Below, one piece after another: positions 40,304-51,600 of a DNA stretch of 64,000 nt. The notes under the pieces were generated by a model that was not told the DNA's origin, made no database searches, and saw only the letters and a list, made by a program, of their open reading frames with translations. The translations under genes and the position numbers were made by a program. Origin of the DNA: Macrostomum lignano. Lineage: Eukaryota. Location: assembly GCA_002269645.1 (NCBI GenBank), contig NIVC01000947.1:124001-188000 (forward strand), in the 5' to 3' direction. How positions within the stretch are numbered: position 1 is the stretch's first letter; each line of letters starts with the position of its first letter.

Positions 40304-43300
40304 GTGAGGCTGAGTGCGGAGGTTTCGTGGACACCTCCGATGATCAAAAAATCCATGCGCGTGAGGCTGATCCGTACGTCACCGGCCGATTGGCGGGCCG
40401 AGAAGTCCCTTTCCTACTAGACAGCGGCAGTCGGAAAAACTTTCTTGGAGCGTCGACCTGGGCCAATGTTAGACGTCGGATGCCTCGTTGTATCATATCG
40501 CATGCTATCCCGGATTGCGTGACCATGTACGACGGTACGCAGCTACCCCTTGCGTGTAAGGTGATCATCCCGGTGGAGTTCGGTGATGTCGTCGCGGACA
40601 CCGAATTCCTGGTCACGGTCACCGATTGTGAAAATTTGCTTGGTATTAATTTCATGCGTGAACACTGCCAGAACTTGGACTTTGCTCAAGGAATGTTAAA
40701 GTTCAACAATGGCGCGTGCATTCCCGTTCGCTATTCGCGCCGTGAGCTTCAATCATGCCGGGTGTACACCTCCGAGAAGTGCACTCTGCCGCCGAGAAGT
40801 TCAGCGCTGTTGGCCGTCCAGTTGGATGTCGGCCACCCCGAGAACCGAGGATCGCCATCAATCGTCGAGCTGGTGAAGTCGAGACTGCACCCCAGCTGCA
40901 ACACTCTGGAAGCAGCTCCAGCTCTGATGACTATGCCTGAAGGTCGAGGCTACATCGAGGTCGTCAACACTGCTGACTGTGAGGTGTTCCTGCAGTCGGG
41001 CATCCGCGTTGGTGTTGCGACACCACTTAGAACTGCCGACCTGATGTACCTGGAAGAGACGCCGGAACCTGAAGTGCGACATTTGCCAAGGAGCCCTGAA
41101 GAGTCCAGCACAGCTTGGCTAGAGGAAGTCGAGATCAACAGCGAGCTGTCCGAAGATCAACGACAGAGAGTGCGAGATCTACTAGTTGAGTGTCAAGCAG
41201 CCTTCTCGAAGCATCTGCTAGACGCTGGCCTGACACACCTGGTGACCCACGAGATCATCCTGAAGGATCGGACACCAGTTGCGCTACCACCGCGCAGGAT
41301 CCCGCCTCATCTGAAGGACAAGCTAGACGCCCTGCTAGACGAGATGCTGGCGAAGCACATCATTCGCCCGGCTTATTCTAGCTACAACTCGCCAATGCTG
41401 ATAGTGCCCAAGAAGGACGGCAACATCAGGCTGGTGCATGACTTCAGAGCTCTCAACGACAAGTGTGTGTACCACCCGTACCCGCTGCCGCACATTCAGG
41501 AGACCTTCGCGAAGCTGCGTGGTGCCCAGTGGTACTCTAGCTTGGATCTCGCTCAAGGATTCTGGCAGATCCCGCTGCGCGACTGCGATCAGCACCTGAC
41601 GGCGTTCTCTGTGATTGACCGCGGACAATTCTGTTTCAATGTTCTACCGATGGGTCTCCACGATAGTCCAGGCAGCTTTCAGCGTTGCATCAATAAGCTC
41701 CTGGACGGCCTGACGCCAAAGACTGCGCTTGGCTACATGGATGACATCGTGGTGCACTCTGTGACCTTCGAGGAGCAGCTGGACAACCTGCGGACTGTAC
41801 TCCAGCGGATTATCGCAGCCAACCTCAAGGTCAAGCCGAAGAAGTGCCATTTGTTCCTCAAGGAGCTGCATTATCTAGGCCACGTCGTGACTCCCGACGG
41901 CCTGAAGACCTGTGAGGACAAGATTGCGCAGATCCGTGATTGGCCCGTGCCACAGTCCGTTACTCAACTGAGACAATTCCTAGGCCTCGCCAATTACTAC
42001 CACAAGTTTGTCAACGGCTACGCTGGATTTGCTGCGCCGCTACATGCCCTGACTCGAAAGGACATCGGCAGCCTGCGGCAGCATTGGACTGATGAGCACC
42101 AGGTAGCGTTCGACACGTTGAAGAAGAAGTTGTGTTCGACTGAAGTTCTCGCTCTGCCTGAGTTTAACTCAGATCCTAATGTGAAGTTTGTCCTAGACAC
42201 GGATGCCTCAGACATTCGCATAGGCGCTTGTCTTGGACAACGGCAATCCGACGGCGTCGAGCGCCCAATTGCATTCTTTAGCCGGAAGCTTCGTGATCCT
42301 GAGAAGCGCTACACGGTCACGAAGAAAGAGCTGCTTGCAATCGTGGACGCGATGCGACATTTCCGTCATTATTTAATCGGCAAGAAGTTTGAAGTTCGTT
42401 CTGACCATCGGGCCTTGCTGTGGCTGCTGAACCAGACGCAGGTCACAGGCATCTTGGGCCGTTGGATTGAGCGATTAAGCGAGTTCCGCTTCCAGCTTCA
42501 CCATCGCAAAGGCAAGGACCACGCCAACGCTGACGCCCTGTCAAGACGCCCGGAGACACCACCGGTTGACTTCGAGCACGGCCGACTGCTTGAGCATCCC
42601 GATTCTGCAGCCCGACACGATGATGACACCAGCTTGGAGCCGGACCTGGACACCACCGGAAGGCCACTGCAAGACCAGCCCTTTCGAAGAAGGTCCACAC
42701 TCGCAACAAGGAGGCCGAAACTGCCCTGGCCGAAGACCTGGAGGCCACTGCGCCAGCAGTCCTTCAGCACGACAACCATCGCTGCAGTCAACGCCTGGAG
42801 ACCGGTTTGGACACCAACCCGGAGGCCACTGACACCTCAGCCCTCCGCAGCGACGCCCACGCCGACTGCCGTTACTTGGAGATTCGCCCGGACAAACCCT
42901 CGGAGGCCACTGCTGACGTAGACCTCCTTGATGATGTCCAAGACTGCGGGTCTCGGAATCTGGAGACGCCCATGGACCACGACTCAGAGGCCACTGAACA
43001 AGCAGCCCTTCTGATGACAGCCCACAACGCGAATCCAGACCAGCAATGTAAGTTCAACTCCCCGGAGTTTTGCGCTGAGAGTTCTCGCCGTGTTGACAGA
43101 GGCCATACTCTCGCGACGGCTGCAAGGTCAACGCTCTGTCCCCCGAGCCGACAGACAGCTGCTCATCGCCTGTGCGGACAGTCGAGTCCCCCTTTGCGAC
43201 ACCGCCCAGTGCTGGAGAAGACTCACCCAATGACGACGATGATCGAGCCGACGGCTACGGCTGCTTGTGACGAGGCGTGCTTCACGTGTTGCGTCTCGCC

Positions 43301-46300
43301 CTACAGCCAAGAGTCGCCTGGGCTGTGCAGTGGAGGCAAGTGCACTGCTCCAGCTGCGGAAATTCCTGTCAAGAGAGCGACGATGAGAACTTCGAAACGA
43401 GATCAGCGATCGTACGCCGACGTTGTGAAACAAAGTCCCTCGGAGCGACCTAATCCTGACGCCGACAAGACGGAGTCGTGTGATCAACTGCGAGCCACAG
43501 AAGCGGAGACTGCGGGAGTCATGAACCCTCAGCCATGCCGCGCCGTGCTCACCGATTTTATGAGGTTGCCGATGACGCGGCAACAGTTTGTCGACGCGCA
43601 GCGCGCCGACCGAGCAATTGGCTATGTGCTCAACTTGGTCGAGAACAAAGCCCCGAAGCCTGAGTTCGACACCCGGTTGCGACTGACGAAGGAGCAGCGG
43701 AACCTGCTCGGATATTATGATAATCTGCTAGAGGACAACGGCCTGCTGATGATCGACCTGACCGACGGCCAGCAGTCCCCGAAGGTTGTCCTGCCTGAGT
43801 CTCTTGATGCCCAGGTGCTCCAGGAGCTCCACAGTTCGCCACTGTGTGGACACCTCGGCCAGACGAAGACGTTGAAGCGGCTACGTGAACGATTCTGGAG
43901 GCCCGGATTAGCCCGTGTCACCGAGAACTTTATCAGTAAGTGCCGCGCCTGTCTTGAAAGTAAATCCCGAAGACGAGACCGAGTACCTGTACAGAGCTTC
44001 CCTGTGTGCGAAGTTCTGGGAAGAGTACACTGCGATGTAGTAGGCCCTATCGCCCAGAAGAGCAAGAGCGGGAACTGCTACATCTTGACGCTATGCGACG
44101 CGACGTCGAAGTACCCGTTCGCCTATCCGATGAGGAACCAGAAAGCCAAGACGGTCATCAAGATCCTGCAGGAGCGCTTGATCCCTGACTTTGGTGTACC
44201 ATGCTGGATACACACTGATCAAGGAACCAATTTCACTGGCTCAGCGTTCAAGAAGTTCTGTGACCTGTTTGGCATCCGGCATACGACGACAACACCGTAC
44301 AACCCAGCTTCTAATGGGCAAGTCGAGAACCTCAACAAGCAGCTGAAGAGTGTCCTCACCTGCCTCCTCGAGCGCAACCATAACGACTGGGACACCTTCC
44401 TCCCAGCCTGCTTGATGGCGCTCCGCTCTAGTGTACACCCGGTGACAGGTTTCACGCCTCACTACCTGGTGTTTGGTCGAGACTTTCGACTACCAATCGA
44501 CAACGCGATCAAGAAGCTGCCGGAGTATGCCGATCTGCCTGACTATGTCAAGGACTTCCAGCGCCGCTTAGACGAAGCGACTGAGCTAGCTAAAGAACGC
44601 CTACATCTGCATCAGCAACTGCGCGACGAGCACTATTCGAACCTGCCCGCTGCCAAGAAGCTCCAACCTGGTGACCTGGTTTTCCTCAACAACCCGGTGC
44701 TCGAACCGGATGAAGCGGCGAAGTTCCATCGACCTCGCAAAGCGCTGTACGAGGTAGTCGAACCCAAGGGCGAGGTCGTCTACAAGATTCGCCGTAGAGT
44801 GCCAAACCCGCGGGCCAGGCGCGACGAGCTAGTAGTCCATCGCCGGAATCTGCTACTCGTCCCTGATGCCGACTACCAGCTGACTTCGGATCCAGAAGTC
44901 GACCAGGCCAAGAAGCGCTGCAGGTTGGCTGATGCCCCGGACGGTGCAGGACCCGCGACTCTGACACCGATTCCGGAGGACGATCCGGACGAGGACGATG
45001 ATGATGATGACGCATGGCCGGCCTTCCGGTGGCGCTTCCGGCCGTTGGCGATCCCGGATGTGCAGCCAGGAGGTGGACCGGTCACGACACCAGCGAACCA
45101 GGCAAGTGCATTTCGGCGTGAGCCACTGCCGTATGGTGATCGCCATGATGGTGTGCCTGGTTTGAATGCGTCTGCACATGTTGCTCCTTTTTCACCTGCC
45201 CACGCGTCCCCCTTTCCCGAACCTTTTTCTGCGGCGCAGTCTCCTGCGCCACCTTCTTGCACCACTCCGGTGGAAGCGTCTCCCATACCAGTAGTGGTAG
45301 GTAGGCCAGTTAGGGATCGGAGGCCGCCCGAGAGGCTTCTGATTAGCGATCCTAGGGCTAAAACGTACGTTAGTCGCACCGCCCGCATGCGTGTGCACAA
45401 ATTAAAACCTTGCAGCGCAGAAATGCACAAGCGACAGCACCAGCCGACTCCAAGCTCGTCATCCGAGAGTGACCAGGGCCGGCCCAGCCGGAGCCGCCGA
45501 AGGCCAGGCACCCCGTCCTCCCCGGAGGTCATGGGCATTCCGCGCCGGCCTCTCGCCACTCGCCAATTGGCCCAAGTGGAGGGCCGTGAGCATCCAGAGC
45601 GTCCGCCTCGACGCGGACGGGAGCACGGCCGGCGAAGCGACTCGCCGTCGCCAGAACCGCGGCGGAGCCGGCCAAGCCGCAGATCACAGGACACCGTCAG
45701 GGCTGAAGCCCCTGAAGTGATCGATCTAACGGCTGATTCCCCGCCGGAGGTCAGCAGTGTTCGCCGACTCATGGCCCAGCGGTTGGCCGCGGCTTTTGCC
45801 TACGTCCAACTGGAGCAGGAGGTCAGCCGAGGCCTCCAAGCGGTCCGCCGCCACATTGCTGATTCTTTTTCAGGAGCGGGACCAGAAGCCCTGGGTGCAG
45901 CCCGCCATCATGATCCTGGCGAAGCCACGGGTGCCGGACTCCGGAACGCGCCGCCGCCAGGGATCCATTATGCGCAGGCGGAGTCGCCGATGTCGATCGC
46001 CGACGGCGTTCCGCCGCCAAGTAGCGTCCACGGAGATCCAGACCCGCCGAACGACCCGTGGGACGGCCTTGGGGAAGCGTTGGGCCGCGAGCTGCCCCGC
46101 GCCCCGCCGCCCACGCCGGCGGACCCGCCACTACTGGTGCATGTCAGCACCCAGACCAGCGAGCTACCGGATGATGACGGACGAGCGGCGCTGCTGACTG
46201 CCGCCTCTTGCCTGGCGAGTAATCTGTTAGGCAGCGCAGCCCGCCACGGACACGTACCGGCTGTGCTCGCGGGCCCTATCTGGAACAGCCTGCCCCAGAC

Positions 46301-46481
46301 TACCGTCATTGAACGCATGACCATTATGGAAGAGGCTGTTCGCCTGAGCGGCTCTGATCTGCAGCCGCCGCTGCGCCCTTACGCCGCGCACCATGCCGCG
46401 CTGGTCGTGATGCGACACCTCGGCGGCAGCGAGGCAGAGCTGCCTGCGGTCCTGGCTCGCCCTCCGCTGGACTATCTGTAA
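40135..46481 (+). CDS. pol: Pol (protease, RT, RNase H, spacer, integrase, long C-terminal extension); one 1-bp frameshift near 42650
   Basis: LLDSGS; YMDD; DTDAS...DH...ADALSR; H..H..CRAC zinc finger; VHCD / IHTDQG / QVE DDE triad; GPY/F-like region. Confidence 0.93.
40156..40195 (+). promoter_or_regulatory. Programmed -1 ribosomal frameshift signal (G GGA AAC plus downstream stem)
   Basis: Slippery heptamer 40156-40162 in gag phase; pol is the -1 frame; stem CGGAGAGCG/CGCCCTCCG begins 7 nt downstream. Confidence 0.75.
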
Positions 46482-46963
46482 ACGGAAAGGGAGACACGCT
46501 TGATCTCGACTCTGCCTTAGCCGGCCCACTATTTATCCTAGGGACCGGTGCCCGCAGTTCCCCTTTTTTTTGTGTTGTTTGTTGATGCCGCGATGTTGGT
46601 GTTCTCCAGCACCTAGGTTTGTGCGAATTGGCCCCTTTAAGGTGTTTTAGGCCGGTAGTTATTCTATTCAGGACGCGGCCTTTGAGCCACCAGCGGCTCG
46701 CTCTGGGTGAGGAGCTAGCTCAGGAACGTAGAGCGCCTTTGTTTAGTGGATTGGCGCCCACACCGGTATTTAGGCGCCTTTCTGATAGCAGGCCGGTGCC
46801 CCTGCAGTATCGGGCGAGAACTCTGTGGCCTGCCCAGCCAAGCAATTACATAACAGCATTTTATGTTAGGACTCAACTTCCGTTCCTTTTTATTTGCCGT
46901 TTGCATTAAACCTGCATTTGATTTTAAATAAAGCGCGCGCCGCTTCACTCCGCCTCTTTATTT

Positions 46964-46975
46964 GAACGGGGAGAG
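46964..46975 (+). promoter_or_regulatory. Polypurine tract
   Basis: GAACGGGGAGAG immediately before the 3' LTR TG. Confidence 0.8.
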
Positions 46976-48043
46976 TGTAGTGAGTCGCTAGTTTAGTTAG
47001 GCGCCGCACTAGTCAGCTGTTGCCCTCGCCTTCTCCCCAGGTTTCTGTCTGCCGCTGGGCAGTTGCCTGTTCCCCCCCGCCTGTCCCCTGGCCTGTCCTC
47101 TGCTCGTTTGTCTGTCTGTCTGTTTGTCCTCGTTTGCCCCCTTTTGTCTCGTTTTCCCTTTTGCAGTGCCCAGACAGCTTGGTCTGGCCTGCCTCTGTTT
47201 CGTTCTCTGTCAGGCATCTCCAAATTTGGAGTGCCTTTCTGTTTTCCGGTCCCACGGTCACGAGTGCCTTCACTTGTGGGCCGTTTCCCCTTGTCATGTG
47301 AGTCAGTCACATGACAAGGCCCTCTTCCTTCTTTAGTCCAAAGTGCAATGATTTCATCATTGTACGCTGGGCTCGTGTTTATGGGGAGATCACGTGCGCC
47401 CGGACCCCCCCTTGCCTCCTCTGAGGCAGGGCCCGCTTGTTTGTTGCTAAAAATAGCAACAGAGTCACTTATGACTCTCAGCGGGGGCCTTTCGTGCTAT
47501 GGTGCAATCGATCCTCCCTATAAATGCGGCCCCTCTCATGGCTTGGCTCAGACAAGCGTTCCTACCGTTCCTCGCGTTCCTAGCTTTCCAAGCTTTCCTA
47601 GCGTTCCTTCCGTTTCGTTTCTAGCGAACTCTAAGTTGTGTGCCAAGTCTGCGCTTCAAGTGAACTCCAAACTCCCGACTTTGCGCGTGACTGCCTCTGA
47701 TTGTTCCTGCTATCAATTAGCAGGCCAGCTCGGATCGCCCGAAGCTAGCACTTTCGCTCTCACCCCGCACCAGCCCGGCAGGGACTGCTGACGGTGGGCA
47801 CCTCTGCGCGAGAACTGCTAAATCTGCACGAAGTGCGAGTCTCTTTCTCTCGTCTTAGTTATTTGCTTCTACGAGCTCAGCACCTCACCGAAGGCTGCGA
47901 CTCTGCGAAGCTGGTGGCAGCACTACCAACGCTACTAGATCAACCCGGAGACTTCCCAGAGGAGCTCAAGCAACTGTACTTCACCGGGGCAGCGTTCCTA
48001 TTGAAGGCCTCTAGACAACCACAGGCAAGACCCCTGTACTTCA
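46976..48043 (+). repeat. 3' LTR (1068 bp)
   Basis: Direct repeat of 37936-39002. Confidence 0.96.
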
Positions 48044-48339
48044 TTTGTTTGAAGCAATGCAATTAGCTACATTGTAAGGATAAATTGAACATTTAAATTG
48101 GGTTAATAGTATGGGTGAAAAATAAAATGCTTAACATAAATAACTTCGAATGGAACTTTGTTCATTAAAAACAATCTGAAAAGTAAATAGCTTATGGGCA
48201 TGGCAACTACCTTAATTGCTAAGCGCCTGAGCCTTCTTAGAAGCTCTCCTTATACTAAAATATAATAGCTATCTGTAATTCAATCAGCGCAATTCTGTCA
48301 GTCGAACAGTTCCGAGACTACTCTAGAATTTATGTTACA

Positions 48340-48550
48340 CAATTATCACTCACAATTTATCACTCTCATAATTTATCACTCTCATAATTTATCACTCTCA
48401 TAATTTATTACTCTCATAATTTATCGCTCTCATAATTTATCACTATTATTATAATTTGTCACTCTCATAAATATCACTTTCATAATTTGTCACTGTCTTA
48501 ATTTGTCACTCATAATTTATCACTCTCATAATTTGTAATACTGTCACTCT
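48340..48550. repeat. 16-bp minisatellite (ATTTATCACTCTCATA)n downstream of the Helitron ORF
   Basis: Seen directly, about 12 degenerate copies. Confidence 0.85.
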
Positions 48551-48632
48551 TCATACTAAATTTCTGTCATCCTGCCTAGGATTTTTCGATACAAATCAGT
48601 TCAGTAATAATTCAGTTCAGTCATTGCCCCAA

Positions 48633-51600
48633 TCAGTTCTGCTTGCCGATGAGCTGGCGCAGAACAATGTTTCTCGTCCGTCCGCCTGGAGCCCGAACTT
48701 GAACGCCATCGGCACTCCGCGCACGACTCAGAGCCACGTAGAGCTGGCCATGCTGAAAGCAGGCCGTCGCCAGGTCGACGGCGTAGGTGCTCAGCGTCTG
48801 GCCTTGGCTACGGTGGATGGTCATGGCGAAGCACAGCCGGATCGGGAACTGCAGGCGGCGGAAGGTGAAGGGCAGCTCGGTTGGACTCGGCTTCTGAGGG
48901 ATCCGCGGGATGAAAACCTGCCACCCGCGGTAGACGCCCGTGGCGACCTCCGCGAGCAGGACGTTGTCCCGCAGTTCGCGCAGCAGCAGCCGGGTCCCGT
49001 TGCACAGCAGCGGAGGGTCCAAGTTCCTGGTCATCATGACCGGCATGCCGACCTTCAGCTCTAGCCGGTGATGTGGCAGGCCGTTGGGGTCCAGCCGGTT
49101 CAGCAGCTCCGGCGGGAAGTTGGTCGCTGCCGTGTCGTCATTCGGAATCGAGTCGACCGACAGGTAGACCCGACTCTCGCCGGGGAAGAGCGCCAAGCAG
49201 GCGGCGTTGGCTTCGTCTACCGTCTTGTTGAGCGGTGATAAAATGCTCCGCTCCGCGAACATCTGGTCACGGTCGGGGCTGGGCTCAAACGACGGGTAGA
49301 CGTGTTGGATGAGCTGCTCAGTAGTTGTGTCATCAGGCATGAGAATCTCGCTAGGCAAGGAAACCATTCCCTCTTCATCCTCTGGCAGCTCGCCGTTGCC
49401 AACCTAGCAGATAGAGTGATATGCGAAAGTGCATTATAATGTAATATTTTTACTGATCCTATGGGTTCCTATGGGTTAATGTAAAAATACCATATTTAGT
49501 TTTTAAGTTTTAATATTTTGATTTGATAAATACGATATGTATTGACACGGCACAATACGAAGGAGCATCAAAAGAAATCAATCACCTGCATGAGAAAATC
49601 TGCGTAGCCCTGGAAAGCAGAACCGCTCTCCAACCGCAGATTTTTTGTCAGATGGTGCCTTCGGAAGTGCGGCCACAACTCCGACCGAGTCAAACAGGCC
49701 TCGATGGTGTTGGCATGCGTTCCTCCGGGAACCACAGCCAGCAGCTGGCGAAAGTCGCCAGCCAGCACCAGCAGCGCTCCTCCGAACGGCCGGTCGTTGC
49801 GCAGCAGATCCCGCAGAGACCGCTCGACCATCTCCAGGTCCTTGCGGTGCGTCATCGGCGCTTCGTCCCAAACAATGAGCCGCGTGTCCCGCAGCATCTC
49901 AGCCAGCTTGCTCCGTCGGCCGATGGAACAGAAGGCATTGTCGAGACGCACCGCGCTGACGGGAATCTTGAACCTGGGCAGGTTGAAACAGCATTTATAT
50001 GCAGAGACAATAATATAATTTGCAGAAGTACTGCATGTACATGTAAGCATGATCTTAAAAGAAAAAAACAGAAAATGGCTTATCCTCTAAAAATATTTGA
50101 TGTCATTCAAGTTATTATCAAGTTTAAATAAAAAAATCCAAGTTATTTTGACATTTTAATTTCTTAGTAAACAGTTTTTTAAAGATTTTGAAGACAACTC
50201 ACATGGAATGTGCGGTCCTTCCCCCGGGAAGAATGGTTGCCGCAATTCCAGACGACGCCACGGCAACAGCGATCTGACGCCTTGCTCGAACGCAGTTCAG
50301 CAGCAACGTCAGCAAGAACGTCTTTCCTGTTCCGCCGGGGGCATCGATAAAATGCAGTCCAGCGCCGCCGGTCTCCAGATTGGACTGCACGGCCTCAAAA
50401 ATCATTCGCTGCTCTTCAGTAAGCATGCCGATCTGGGCCTGGACTTCCGCGTGGATCTCAGCGGCTTCTTGCGGTGTCGGCAGGCAGTCGGAATGCTGGC
50501 GACTCTGAGAAAATAAATTCAACTTTCAGCGTTCAAGTTCAAGTGCGCTTTCGATATGGATTTCGGATAATACTAAATAAAGATTAAAGGAAATTCACCT
50601 GATCTGGCTGAACATGAGGCTCAGGCAGTCCGTAGGCAGGCAGCTCAGCGCCTCCCATGGTGTCCAGCAGTTTCTGCAGCTCTCGCAGAACCTCCGACTC
50701 GGCAGCCTCAGGGCTATAGCCTTGGTGCAGCAGATCACCGGCCAACTCGCCGGAGAACTCCTGCCACAGCTTTGCCGGGTCGCTGGAGTCGCCGTGCGAC
50801 AGAATGGCAGCGAAAAGGCGGCGCAGAGCCGCTGGCAGCCGCGTCTCCGAGGCTTCGCACAGGCACAGTCGCCAGTGCCTGTCGTCCTCCAGGAGTCCGC
50901 GGGCCTGGCAGGCGGCCTTGAAAGTCGGCAGCAGGACGCCGTCTACGGTGCGCAACGCCTCAAACGACGTCGGGCCGCGCACATTCACCAGCAGCAGGCG
51001 CAGGTAGAAACAGTCTCCCATCCGAGGGCTGACTGTATAGACGCGGCCGATGTTGCCAGTCGTCAGCACGCCAGCTGGCTGATCAGCAGCGACTCGGCCG
51101 CGACCTGCGCGATGCCACTGGTGCGCACTTCTGTCCCAGGTGAAGTGCCGGGGCACCTCCTGGTACAGCAGGCCTCGTGCAACGGCATCCTGGCGGCAGA
51201 GCTGCGAGATTAAGATTTTGATAAGAGAATTAAAAGTCACAGTTGTCATTTTAAAGTAAATTTTACCAATATGAGGTCTTAATTTTCAGAAATAACTTAC
51301 ATCAAAAAAGGCGGTCAACGTCGTGGGCTTAGGCTGAGCAGCAACAGCCTGAGCTGTCTCGGGCGTGAAGCAGACGCGCTGGTCGTCCTTCAGATGAACG
51401 GCCAGCCTGATGACAGCCGGATACCGACTGTGTACTTCAAAGCCCAATATGGTGTTAACCGCCTCCATAGGACCAATGTACCGGCCCAGAAGGTACTCCT
51501 TGATCTCATCGACCTCCTTGCGCTTCGCCGGCGCCGCCTTAGTCTGAGCTGACTGCTGGGGCTGCTGATCGCCACTGGCCTGAAGAGCCGCCGCATCGCT

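Larger units (their letters stand above)
37936..48043 (+). mobile_element. Full-length Ty3/Gypsy LTR retrotransposon, 10108 bp
   Basis: TG...CA LTRs, 4-bp TSD TTTG (37932-37935, 48044-48047), PBS, PPT, gag and PR-RT-RH-IN order. Confidence 0.97.

Noticed and set aside
44873-45772. 299-aa antisense ORF and other overlapping ORFs across pol and RepHel
   Set aside because: Expected shadows of GC-rich coding sequence; no independent motifs.
48229-48246. Imperfect hairpin GAGCCTTCTTAGAAGCTC as the Helitron 3' end
   Set aside because: Not followed by a CTRR|T terminus on the minus strand.
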